From NCBI GenBank assembly GCA_951406725.2, contig OX597826.1, forward strand, positions 17,050,001 through 17,114,000: 64,000 bases of DNA. The letters run 5' to 3'. The translations under genes were made by a program, and so were the position numbers. Below are positions 38,645 through 51,492 of this stretch, one piece after another. Origin of the DNA: Octopus vulgaris. Its lineage: Eukaryota. Below the pieces are notes generated by a model. The model was not told where the DNA came from. It did not search any database and saw nothing but the letters and a program-made list of their open reading frames with translations. Numbering within the stretch: the first letter of the stretch is position 1; each line of letters starts with the position of its first letter.

Positions 38645-41187
38645 TTGCTACAGCCGTAAAAGTTTTATCACAAATAATGTTGGCCCTGCTGCAAATATAT
38701 GTGACTAAGGAGATTCTTCCTGAATCACAGAGTGGATTCAGAAATGGTAGGGTTACTGTTGACATGATCTTCTCTGCATGGCAGTTACAGGAAAAGTGTG
38801 TGGAACAGCAAATAGGACTTTATCCGGTCCTAGCAGCTAAGCCCGGTTTCACCCAGTCTGTTTGGATGATGTGGCTGTGATCGTTTTCGATTAGGCATAA
38901 TCTATAACAGCGTTTCTCAACTTTATTATTTCGGGTCCCCTGTTTCGATTGGAGCCTCCCCACTTGTTAGAAAACTGCTTCAGGAGTTGTGAAGAAAGAA
39001 TTTATAGATTATGTTTCTGGGAACTATTCTATTGGACCTCTCTCCAATCATTAAAACATTGATTTAATTATGAACATAGAAAGAAATTATACACTAATCC
39101 CTATTTTTGTAAGCAGTTGTATTCGTAAAAAAATTATTTGCAGAGAGCAGAAATTGAAAGAATATATATGAAAAGGGTGTGTGTGTGTGAATGTTTGTGG
39201 GGGGGGATCGTGAGCGCGTGTGTGTGCGTGCGTGCCTCTGTGCTTGCGCGTGTGTATGTGAGAGAGAAAGAGGGTAATAAAGAGCAATTGAGTGAGTGAA
39301 GGTGTGTGTCGTGATGATTGACGTCTTTTAAGGTAAGCCACACAAAGAGGTGAAGGAAGAGAGACAGCATAACGAAAGTTTTGGCTGACTGTCATCCTGT
39401 ACTCCCCTTGTTGGTAGCGAAATGGTATATGCCGGCTGAGTGAGCAACTGGTTGTTTTAATGGCGGAACAAACAGGGGAATTCCATTAGAACATTTTAAA
39501 TCGATTCTCTGTAAGTATGGGGACTAAGGAAAAAATACTAACCGCATTCCAATGTATACACCCCGTCTCCACATGTGTGCCGTTTTTCACGCGAATCCAC
39601 CCAGCCATTTGGCTGTGAACCGCAAGACAAGAAAGAATACAACGATCGCCCATGTCCAATTTATATTAAAGATTCATTGACCTTACTAACGCTTTTGTTT
39701 CTGTCAATCCAACTACCTTGTGGGAGATCTTGAGTTATAGCTGTCCGGTAAAGTTTCTCACTATTCTGAAACAGCTTCATTGGTGGAAAGCTCTTGGTGC
39801 CTATCTCTGTCATGAATGGAGTAAAACAAGGTGACTTACTAGCATCCACTCTCTTCAGCCTCTATGTTACTATAGCTTTGTCAATTGACCTTCAAAGAAT
39901 TCTATGAAGGTATATATATCAGATATCGCACAACAGGAAAAACTTTAACATCAGAAGATTGTCAGCTAAGATAAGGACGTCCTCAACCCTTATTAGAGGT
40001 CTCCCCTATGCAGAAGAGGACATGCAAAATCTTATGAATGCAATTTCAATGATTTGTGTAGGGACTTGGCTTAACCATAAACCCAACCAAAACTGTTGTC
40101 ATGTTTCAACCAGCACCAAGAATGCCATGCATAGAGCCTGGTATCTTCGTGTATGGAAGAAAACTTGCTGTCGTTTCTAAGTTTGTTTACTTAGGAAGCA
40201 GATTAAACATATCAGCGAATTTTGATGAAGTGTCACTACGCATTCAGAAAGCCAGTCTTGGTTATGGCAAACTGGAAGACCGCCTATGACCTAGACATTG
40301 TATTTCCACTGCGACAAAGATTTAGGTATACAATACATGTATCTTAACCTCTTTATTGTATGCCTACGAAATCTGGACTGTATATCGTAAGCACTTAAAA
40401 CTTATGGAACGTTTTCATCAACAAGGTCTCAGAAGGATTCCGAGGATCAGCTGGAAAATGTTTGAGTGACGATGAGGTGCTTGGAAGAAGGGAATGCTTC
40501 AGTGCTGAAGCTTTGCAATTGCAATACAAATTGAGATGGAGCGGACGCTGAGTTAGAATGACAGACAACAGAATGCGTAAATAGCTTCTTTTACGGAGAA
40601 TTGGTGACAGGTAAGCGTCTATCTCATAAACCAAAGATGAGGTTGTCTGAAGTCAGGATTGAATAAGATAAATGTTCTAAATGACAACTGAGATTTAACA
40701 CATTGCCGAGAAAAATAGAAAACAGTTATGTATAAAGGTAAAAATGAATTTGAAAGGAAGAAAATGGAGCATGCAAAAATCAAAAGAAAGATGAGAAAAA
40801 GTGACAGGTTTGATGTTCAAACAAACATTAATGAACGTGATGATGTTACATGTGATGAATGTGGAAAGATTTGTCTTAGTAAGGCTGGGCTAATGAACCA
40901 TATGAAATCACACATTGCACAACCGCACATTGGTTATAGATGGACAGATGATTTCCAATGCATATTCCATCATAAAGTATATAGATCAAAAAGTGGCTTG
41001 AAAAGGCATAATAAAGTTCATGGAGCTGTAAACTATACGATCACCAACTTTTCTCGGGCTAATTATCAAAAATCATGCAAGTCTTTGGCAGGCCTTAAAA
41101 AGCCATATTCGTGCAGCTCATCGATGATATTCAAGGGCATGAAGAAATCATGCAATGGTTCTACTCGAAATCGAGTTGGCAACCATC
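38645..41187 (+). mobile_element. RTE-clade LINE, 5'-truncated and decayed, interrupted at 38830-39672
   Basis: ILPESQSGFRNGRVTVDMIFSAWQLQEKCVEQ; LYPV|FIDLTNAF; NGVKQG; FVYLGS; LLYAYEIWT; LRWSG; C-terminal C2H2 motifs; (ATGT)n tail. Confidence 0.93.
38830..39672 (-). mobile_element. Non-autonomous Helitron-like element, 843 bp
   Basis: Minus strand begins A|TCTTTAATATA and ends ...gactgggtgaaaccgggc-ttagctg-CTAG (imperfect subterminal hairpin). No TSD; removal restores the RTE reading frame exactly. Confidence 0.8.
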
Positions 41188-42349
41188 ATGTATGTATGTA
41201 TGTATGGATGTATGTATGTATGTATGTATGTATGTATGTATGGGTGAATGGATGGATGGATAGATGGATGGATGGACGGATGTATGGATGGATGGATGGA
41301 TGGATGGCTGGACGGAGGGACGGACAGATGTATGTTTGCAAGGTGTTGTTTAAATACAAAAGACGGAACTCACAAGTAATTTCGTGTAAATCTACTGTCT
41401 ACTATACAACTTGTAATTCTGTATTAGATGGAATTCTACTTGCGTAGACTAACAGTCCATTATTCTCTTCTTGGGAACTCATATTTTCATTGTGTTGCCG
41501 GATGCAATTTTACGTATTGTGATGCCAAAAAGTTGTAGGAATCTGTTGAAAGACAAGAATACGAATGGATCGTTTCTGCGATACAACTTTGTCGAAGAAA
41601 TCTCCAGCAATGGAATACTAATTACCGGAAGCAACTATTCGATTCCCAAATAATGTAGGAAAGTATCTCTGCAAATTATGTTTATTATATCTTTTGTGAC
41701 CCATAATTATTTTATATTATATGTATCATTATGTTCATTTCTCTCCTATTTTAGTTTGATTTTTTTATTTTCCTAAATTTTGATCGAATAAAAAGTAAGC
41801 ATTCTTGTACAAGAATTATCGAAGAGTCTTTAATGCGATGCGTTTAAATGATTTTTTTTTCTTGAGTTTTGTGATGTATTTAAGCTGCTTTATGTAACTG
41901 AACCAATAAAAGATTCATTTAAATCCATGATACTCATGAAACTAGAAACTGCTTGAGAGACAATGGGAGATAGAGAAAGAAACTATAAAGTTTGCTATTT
42001 ACCTTGTGTTTAATGGACAGAAAATAAGAACATGGATAAAAAGAAAGGAAGTATAGGATTTTTTTTATCAATAGAATGTTCATAGCTATATAGTCAGACA
42101 TGACAAGTATTTTATATATATATATATATATATATACACATACATATACATGCATGCGTGTGTGAAAGTGTGTGTATATATTAGTACATACATCCGCTGT
42201 GCTTGCATATATGTGTTTGTGTGTGAGTGTGTGTATGTGTGTGTGTTTGTTTGTGTGTATGTAAGTTATGGATATATATATATCTGGATATATAGTTATA
42301 TATTGTAAAGTGGATTGAGACAGAGAGACAGATAGATAGCTATTTTGAT

Positions 42350-42778
<429 letters not shown>

Positions 42779-43354
42779 CTAGGTAACAAGAGGTATATCA
42801 AGCTAGTGGCTAATAAAAAACCTACCAGGATAGATTGATGGATGAATGAATGGATGGATGAATATAGTGTTGGAGGCATATATTAAGTGATTGAGTGTAA
42901 TCGGTAGAAAAGGAAAAATTGAAACGAAAGGGAAAGAAAGGCAAAATAAAGAAAGAAATGGGGAAGATAGAGATATTAAATGTATAGGTGAATGAACAAC
43001 TTGCATGAATCTGAAGCTGGGTGAATAAATTATTGAATGCATAAGATGAAGGATGATTGAGTAATAAGGTAAAAGAATGAATAATATTGACTTAATGAGT
43101 AAAGGAATAAGTAAATTTTCAAAAGTATGAACTTATAAGATTGGCGAAGATACGCAAGAAGAAAAGAGATACGAATGAGAGAAGAGGATAACTGAGAAAA
43201 TATACAAAGAAAATATATATAGAATGTAGTTAAATGAAAATGTACACCTGTGTATATGTATGTGTCTGTGAAATATACACATGAGTATATGAGTACGTGT
43301 GTGTGTGTGTGTGTGTGTGTGCATGTGTGTCCATATATATGTATATATATATAT

Positions 43355-43403
<49 letters not shown>

Positions 43404-43405
<2 letters not shown>

Positions 43406-44629
43406 GGGTACGTAATATATTTGAGGACAGATTTATGTTTATAAAAAAAAACATATATAATAACAGATAACTTTATTTATCAAAAAAATGCTTTGAGGAT
43501 AAAAATAAACCTTTTCTATAATGCTATTCAATAAAGCCACCTTCAGCTTCAACTACTGCTTCTATGTCAGATCCAAATCATCTTCATGCTCGAATCAAGT
43601 GGTCCGGTTTCATTTTGGACATTACTCTGACTATGGCAGCTTTCAAAGAATCTTTGGTGTTATGGGCATGTTCATTGAACTCAAAAACGCTCCACATGTA
43701 ATAATCAATGGACTGAGATCTGGGGAATTAAGAGGCCAAATGTTAGGGGTTATATGATCATGAAAATTTTCAGCCATCCATTTCTGTTTTACTATGTGTG
43801 ATAGTGCAGTGTATTACTGAAACGCATATGGCCTTCCATTGCATACAATGTCTATCCGGGGCTTAACAATTGTTCCCAGGTCAACAATGTAGGCGGCAGA
43901 GTTAACTCTAAGGCTTTCTGGAAAGAAGGAAGGTGGCATCACGCCCTTCATTGCTGACAACCCATAAAACCTTGACAGTTGCCGGAAATTTTGTATGCAT
44001 AACACTTGGAACTTAAATTCAGAAGGGTCTACACATAAACATCTGTCATTTCTTCTGGTCGAAGTTTTTCTCGTTTGAGGAAAAACCAAATCAAATCTTC
44101 TTCTGTTGGTTTTTTTCGGTTTGTTTAAGAACCTTTCAGATCGGATCTAGCGATTTTCTTTTGCTTTTTCTGACAAATAGACCTTTCCTCATCATGTAAG
44201 ACTTATATCTGATGCCTTCGGGGAAAACATTTCTGACTGTTCCTTCTGACACATGAAGATCTTTTGCAATTGGCCTCATGGACTTTCTGAGATTGTAATC
44301 AATCGTCTGTTGAACTTGCCGGATAAATTCAAGTGTTCTGAAGATTTCAGAGAGTGTAGAATGTGTTTTATGCTTTGATATTGGTGATACATTTCCATCT
44401 TCAGTCTATAGCTCCTTACAAATTTTGTAGACGAAAGATCTGGCAACTTTTAAAAATCTAAATCGCTATGTTCAACCTTTATATCTACAATAACAGCATG
44501 CCTCTTCATTTCGTGAGTAGGCTTAGGGTCTGCCATTATTATATTTTGAAACAAATATTATACAGAGTTAGCAAAAATGCAGCAATAACCCCAAAATTGT
44601 ATGTCCTCAAATAAAAAAAACGCACCCTG
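43404..44629 (-). mobile_element. Complete but decayed DDxD Tc1/mariner transposon (maT/DD37D-like)
   Basis: TIRs cagggtacgtaatatatttgaggaca / tgtcctcaaataaaaaaaacgcaccctg|TA. ATG at 44536 (MADPKPTHEMKRHAVIV); NEKNFDQ, RRNDR, VMPP.FF, FQ, WPLNSPDLSPL(D)YYMW. Confidence 0.9.
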
Positions 44630-44820
44630 TATAAGTGCTAATTTGGTATGCGATCTCTCTGCCATGAAACTGATTTGGTGTGCGATCTACACTTTATATT
44701 GTGATCTACAACAGGAAAAGTCATACTTATCAAGAAGTAATAAAACACCTGTATCGGTTTCCAGGGAATGTCTTGTTAGGCAGTATGAAGCATAAGTGGA
44801 ATGTATGTTCGAATGCCAAA

Positions 44821-46293
44821 GTTCTGGTTCTGCTATCTCAATGTTATTCTATCTCAATGTTAATGAAATTCGTGCACATGGTAGATTATGGTATATTTCA
44901 CATTAGTTTTAATATACATGAGTTTTAATATCTGGCTGCCCCTCCTTCAGTATCAATTACTGCTTTTATACGGTTAGGCATTGAATCAACTGGTTTCTTG
45001 TAAGTACTAGGAGCAATTTTACTCTATTCTTCTCTCAAATTTTGGTACAAATGGTCTTTATTTTTAATTGATGTGTTCTTGATAGCTTCACCAAAAGATT
45101 TCCATAGTTGTTCAATCCGATTTAGATCTGGACTTTGAGCTGACCAGTCTACGGGAACAATACTCTGTGTCTCACACCATCGATGAGTATTCTTTGCTGT
45201 ATGACAGTGTTAAAAGATAACACTGTTTTTAGACACTGCTGGATGCAATTTAGCAAGTGATGGTTCTAAAACATCTGATAACATAGAAACATAGATAGCA
45301 TCATTAAACCACCCCCATGTTTTACAGTTGGTACCAGACATTCAGCCTCAAATGCTTCCCCAACTCTGCGATGCACAAAAGTTGCACCAGGTGTACCGAA
45401 AACCTGAGTAAAAATATGAAAAATAGTACTAGCTTTATGTTGGATACTGTTTTATATATTTTGGGAAAAAAAAAACCCAGTTACATTAAGTTTATATGTT
45501 GATTGAATGCATGTACTATCTCGTCTCATAGTTACTTTCATCAGATCATATGACTTTTGACCATTGCTCACTGGTCCAATTTGAATGATTTTTGGCCCAC
45601 TGAGGACGTTTTTCCATATTCTCTTCAGAAACCCACTGCTTCTTCCTGGCTTTACAGCCTTTCAGACTGTACTCTACAAGCTTTCTTCTAACAGTTCTAG
45701 TTGATATTTGTGAAGTACTAGCCTAGTTGAAGTCCGCACAGAGCTCTGATGATGTTTTTCTTCTGTTTCTGAGCGACTGACGGATGTTGGAGCTGACATC
45801 AGAGGGTGATTAACCTTTTTCTGCCTGTTCTTTGTATAGTCTTCACATCTTCTGTCTCTCTGAAGTGCTTGAAAGTTGTTTGCACCGCACATCGAGAACA
45901 TTTCCTCTTCTAAGCAATTTCCCTTTGAGACATTCCATCTTTATGATGATCTACGATTTGACCTTGCTCAAACAACATTCAACTCCCTTGTTTTAGGCAT
46001 TTTACTGTGTATTAACTGTATCTACAATGTATTTTAGCATAAAACTCAAGGAAACTCAAGGATTTAATCAAGGAAACCTAAGTTAATTTTGGACGTTGGT
46101 CTTACTCATAATTGGTTGCACGTGTACAGTACAGTATAAAAGTGGTAATTGATGCTAAAAGTGGGTCAACCAGATTTTAAAACTAATGCATATTATGAAA
46201 TATACCATAATGTACCATGTGCATGAGTTCATTAACATTGAGATAGCAGAACCCCAAAACATTGGGGTGGCCTAATACTTTTGATCAACGCTG
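44821..46293 (-). mobile_element. Tc1 (DD34E-type) transposon fossil with long inverted repeats and an apparent intron
   Basis: ATG at 46000 (MPKTREL), SDESNYE|VFGTPGATFVHRRVGE, PTVKHGGG, CHTAK, WSAQSPDLNRIEQLW, stop at 44925. Inverted repeats at about 44826-44900 and 46196-46253; right end cgctg|TA. Confidence 0.9.
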
Positions 46294-46333
46294 TAGATCA
46301 CGTTGTCTACTTAGATCGCATACCAAAGTAGCA

Positions 46334-46376
<43 letters not shown>

Positions 46377-46481
46377 TTATATACATACATATATATATAT
46401 GTGTGCGTGTGTGTGACCACGTGTGTACTGTTGGCGATTCTTTTCTTCCGTCTTCCCTTCCTTGGATTTTTCTTTTCCTAT

Positions 46482-46516
46482 GTTTTTGACGAAGAGCTCC
46501 GCTCGAAACGTTGAAT
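46482..46516 (+). ncRNA. Minimal hammerhead ribozyme motif with one core mutation, in a PLE pseudo-LTR-like repeat (about 46420-46620)
   Basis: gttt-TTGACGA-a-gagc(tcc)gctc-GAAAC-GTT-gaat; C3 replaced by T. Confidence 0.6.
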
Positions 46517-46707
46517 CATCCTTCTTTCTTTCCTTTCCTGAGCGTCAAATAACACTATACTTGTTCCACGTCCTCGCGTTGTTATGTTTTGTCTTTGTGT
46601 TTTCATGTTTGGATTAACTATATATATACATATATATATATATTGATCAAAATGGTAAAATAACAAAAGAATGAAAGATACCTCGATATTATGTAACTAG
46701 AAGAATT

Positions 46708-46867
46708 TATCTGTAAATGTAATATGTGACAATTATTCGGTAGCAATGATAAAACTCCGCCGATGGCCGGATAACTGAAGAGATGGCGGCGTGGATTTCC
46801 ACCTCGGCATCCGAAACTCGGAGTTTTATCATGGCTACCGAATAATTGTGACATATTACATTTACAG

Positions 46868-46870
<3 letters not shown>
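46708..46870. repeat. 52-bp inverted repeat (50/52 identical) formed by an inverted PLE pseudo-LTR segment
   Basis: Arms at 46708-46759 and 46819-46870. Confidence 0.9.
46770..46830 (+). ncRNA. Type I hammerhead ribozyme motif with extended stem II
   Basis: gataa-CTGAAGA-gatg(gcggc gtggatttccac ctcgg)catc-c-GAAA-ctc-g-gag-TT-ttatc; core intact. Confidence 0.75.
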
Positions 46871-46932
<62 letters not shown>

Positions 46933-46934
46933 CA

Positions 46935-47160
46935 CGAGATATTTGAGCTCGAGTAGGATTGAGAACTTGTTGGTTGGTATTTCATGTATCTGAGAGATTC
47001 TCATCTCGTGAGCAGATGTTAGAATATGGTTCTCTTTAGGCCGTGGATGAGTGTACTTTTGTTGAGGATTGTAAACATATGAGTGTTTGGGGGTGTTCAC
47101 TTGATATTGAGACTTACAGGGCGGTGTACTTGTAAACTTCCACTGTATTGTATTTTTTTG
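46935..47160 (-). mobile_element. Possible decayed PLE C-terminal (GIY-YIG region) fragment
   Basis: Weak similarity (RPVSLNI, TILNK, LKRTI, EIPTNKFSIL) next to the pseudo-LTR. Confidence 0.35.
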
Positions 47161-49519
47161 TATGATTATGTAGGGTAGATATTTTTAGGTATGTGAATGT
47201 CCGTTTCTGCAGAATATCGTCTCGTACCACATATTAAAACCAGTGTATTAGTGTGTCTACTTTTACTCATGTGTTCATGTATAAGTAACCGACAATATGT
47301 GTGTGAGCGCATGTCACCTAGACTATATATATATGACTGCACCTGTACATATACATAAGCGTGGTGGTTATATATGCAATTATACTTATACATACACGTA
47401 TACACACTAATGCATACCAGTGTGTATACATTTACAAATTTTCATATGTGTTTATATATGTGTAAGTATTGTTCTTCCATGTGAATAGCAATATATGCAC
47501 TGTTTCTGAAAACGTGTCTGTATGTACCACTGTGCGCATTACAAGAAGTATTTCTACGTGTACAAATATTTGTGTATTTGTCTAATATAGAAACGTGTAA
47601 GTCTACGAACAGATTAGTTTCTGAAGAATTAGATGAGAAAGGATTAACTAGAAAGGGATTAGCTAACAAAAGGATTAACTGTAAAGGATTAAGTAGAGGA
47701 TGTGTTTAGCGCATTAGTTAATATGATTTTAAATGAGGAAATGTTTAACATTTTATTTCATACAAATTCCCGACTTTGATTTTCTAATGATTTTTGTTTT
47801 TGTAATATATTTGTTTAAAAAAGATTTTTAGAAATATGCTGGTTATAAATCAGTGTGAATCAGAACGCGAATTCATCGTAGATTTTCAAATTAAGAACAA
47901 TTTATTGCTTTAATGTCCTTTAAGGGGCACACTGTATCGATGGTTTTCAAATGTATCTATGAATTTCTCTAGTACTGCTTTGTTATTACAAAGTGAAGCG
48001 TAAGAGAGTTATTAAACAAGCTAACATTGGATTATAGATTCTGCTTTGCAACGATACTGCTATGATTATATTTATTAGTATTACTCTGTGCGTATAAGCA
48101 AAAGCAGGGTATTGTAATCACGTCTTAATCTGTTTGTCTGTGTGTTTGCAAATTTACTGGAAAATGGCCGAACGGATTCCACCACAAATTTTCCGATAAG
48201 TAAGTGGTTATATTATTTTGTTCACTTTCTTTTTAATATGAATCGACCCTTGTCTGCGCGTGTATAGATCATGGTGTACTTATGCGCATAGACACGCGTG
48301 GGTACATATATACATAAATACATACATAGATATGCGACTATGTGTGTGCTCGCGTGTGTTTGTGTTTGTGTACACTGATAGATTCGAAGGTTTCGTTTAT
48401 GTACGTCTTGATTTCTTAATTTCACCGGAATATAAATACCTGTAATCGTGATAATTTGAAAATTATGTTTTCCACGTGGTTATGTTTTCCACGTCGGGGT
48501 TCACCACTTTAGATGTTATAGGTGTGGTGTCATTTCATGAGACTCTGCTCAGAAGGCTGTTATATTATCGTGGTAGGAACCCGGTAAAGAATATACAAAT
48601 ACAAGGTTGGTGAGAGACATCAGCGGTAGTGACGAAGATATAGGTCGCTGCAATGTGGTCAGTGGTTAGACCTTAGAAAGTCTGGAATCTACTGACGTTG
48701 AGACTAGAAAAAGGTGTGCTTTTATTGCTGATGGTAGGTTCAAATGCTTGTTTGGAACTTATTTGAAGGCAGTGATTGGTTGGGTTGCATATTGGTGCGC
48801 GATAGGGTAAGAGACAAATTTCGCCATTGTAAGCCACACTATAATTTGCGAAAACAATTTCCTGCGCACAGGGTATGCATCGCCTCTTCAATGCCTTTTT
48901 TGTCATTGGTCTTGTAGTTGACTATTTTCTGATTATCAATGCGGCTGTGTTTAATTACTGTATAGCAGACCACAGTACTTCTTACTTTCTATCAAATACC
49001 TGGAATTATATACAGTTTCATAACCCGTCAAACAAATCCTTACGAGTGACTTATATGCGAACACGAATCTTTATGCACTTGTGAGTGTATGCGTGTGTTT
49101 TGCGTATTGCAAGATCGAATCACAGTGAACTCCATAAGTATCATACCATGGTTATTTAAACTTGGAATCGAGAAACGTGAGAGTAGTATGTGTGATGAAT
49201 TTATTCATGCGTGCAATTGTCTCGTTCTTCATTACCATCAACTCTTTGTTTATCAAATTGATCTATTTTTCTTTTTCTCGCCAAGGCTAAATTTTTAGCA
49301 AAGCTTTGATACATTTCTACCGAGCATGAACAATGAAGACGAGGTCAACTCCTAACAACAAAAACTTATGTACTTCACCGCAGTACTTCAACAATACTTA
49401 CACTAACAATTGTAATGTTGGTATCCTATTGAGCTCACAATAATTATCTTTCATTAGAATAACACTCGAGACATTATATATTTTTTACTATAACTATTAT
49501 TGTGATTATGTAATCTCTG

Positions 49520-49845
49520 ATAGCGGCATTTCGTTCTTCTTTACATTCTGGGTTCAAAGGTCGACTTTGCTTTTCATTCTTCCAGGGTCGATAAAATAAG
49601 TCCTTGTGAAAAATTTGGAAGTAATATTTAGAGCCTCTAAGACGGCGAGCCAACAGAATCGGTAGCACGCCGGCTAAATAAATGCTTGGCAACATTTCTT
49701 CCGACTTCACGTTCTGTGTTCAAATACCACCGGGGTCGACTTTGTCTTTCATTCTTCCGGAGTCGATAAAGTAAGTATGAGTTGAGTGCGGGGGTTCAAA
49801 GTAATCGACTTACCCCGAAACTTGCTGCCAATATTTGAAAACAAT
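49520..49845 (+). mobile_element. Two tandem SINE family B copies (partial, then near-full)
   Basis: Fragment at 49520-49620 and copy at 49642-49845 beginning gacggcgagccaacagaatcggtagcacgcc. Confidence 0.8.
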
Positions 49846-50931
49846 ATTTACGGCTTGCAAAACTTAGAAATCTGCTTTGACCATTGTACAAATTCATTAC
49901 TATGTATACACCTCCATTTCGTTTTAAGGTTTAGTAACTGAAAGTTAGATATTTCCTTAGATTTCACTTTCAAAGCACTGGCTTCCTTCATGTGCACTGT
50001 TAATCGTCGGTACACTTAACTTCTATTTCTGCATACTTCCTACGTATAATAAGTATAATAAATGCGGACATTTTCCACCATTGCGTCGTTAACAGTTGCT
50101 TCGATCGCTACAATAAGCAAATCTAACACGTTACGAGCACAGAAGACGTATATGTCACACCAGTATGACTATGGTACAGATATTGCATTATGACAGGGGG
50201 TATGATTGCGCACAATTGCTTGAGCATGTATTTAGCAAGTGGCTTTATGTCCGTTCTCATTTTGGATACTTCCCTTCCGATTGTCATTACCATACCTAAT
50301 CCTAAAAAAACTCGCATGAAGTGTAACAAATTTTATTTGAAACTCTCCTAACGTCAAAATTTCATTCACCCATATATGGACGCTATTGATTATTTTGGGT
50401 ATGCACCTAATTATGCTTGAATGTATTTACAGTTATCTTCAACATTCTCCCAATTTTACACCACCATTTGTTTATATCTGTGAAAGATTACTAATAGTTG
50501 TTTTAGACATTAACCGCTATTAAAAAATAATATTTTTATCTTTTACTCTATCACCAATATGATATTCTTAATGCCCTAGTTTCTTCTATTCATTTATTTA
50601 TTTCAACTATTCAAAGAAATGTTTTGATTATCTAATCTGAAATTTCTTCTAAACAGCTTGATATTAATGAATCGTTTGTTTAAAATAATTCATTCGAATG
50701 TCCCTACATGACTATCAAATACGTTTTATTGTATTTCTTAGATGCAAGTATCCAAACTGATAAACAAACATAAATGTGGCGGAACCACTTTCTACGCAAC
50801 GTTTGCCGCCTGATTGACGTAAATCACACGGAAATAATGTTGGTTTCTAACATTGGTATAACTATATAAATTTGGGAGGCTATAGCCACTTTCATTCTCC
50901 CTCTCAGATTTGACTGGTATTTCATATTGTT

Positions 50932-51270
50932 ATGCTTTTTGTAGTTTGTTCTTAATGCTTGCTCTTGGGCAACACAGATTAGAGCCTCCGTTTCCGGTTT
51001 TACATCACTTTTAGTCATCCACCGCCATTTCTCTGTCTTATCTTCAGCATCCCTATGAAATTGGCTATGCTGTCTTATCTATACACACCTATTTTCAGTT
51101 TCATTCGTTTTAAATTTCTTGTACAGTGCTTTATCTTTGCAATTTTTCATCCTACACAAGCCTAACCTTCTTACTTCTAATAATAGAGGTGCTGTGGCAT
51201 TTTTACATACCATACTTTTTTACATGCCAACATAGCATGGTATGTAAAAAATGCCACAGAATCGCTCTTA
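50932..51270 (-). mobile_element. Internal fragment of an R4/Dong-like LINE next to (AAT)n
   Basis: QHSQFHRD, WRWMTKSDVKPETEALICVAQEQALRTNY. Confidence 0.85.
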
Positions 51271-51276
51271 TTATTA

Positions 51277-51343
<67 letters not shown>

Positions 51344-51345
51344 AA

Positions 51346-51492
51346 AATGAATTCAAATTCCGCCGAGATAGAATTTTCCTTTCATCGTTTCGGAGTCGAT
51401 AAAATAAGTACCAGTTGAGCACTGGGGCCGATGTATTGGACTTGGCCCATTCACCAAAACCAATGGCCTTGTGTTAAGATTTGAGACCAATA
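51346..51492 (+). mobile_element. SINE family B, 5'-truncated
   Basis: gaattcaaattccgccgag...gtcgataaaataagtaccagttgagcactgggg...ggccttgtg. Confidence 0.8.

Noticed and set aside
40728-41447. Host C2H2 zinc-finger gene
   Set aside because: Contiguous with the RTE RT/thumb region and followed by the element's (ATGT)n tail.
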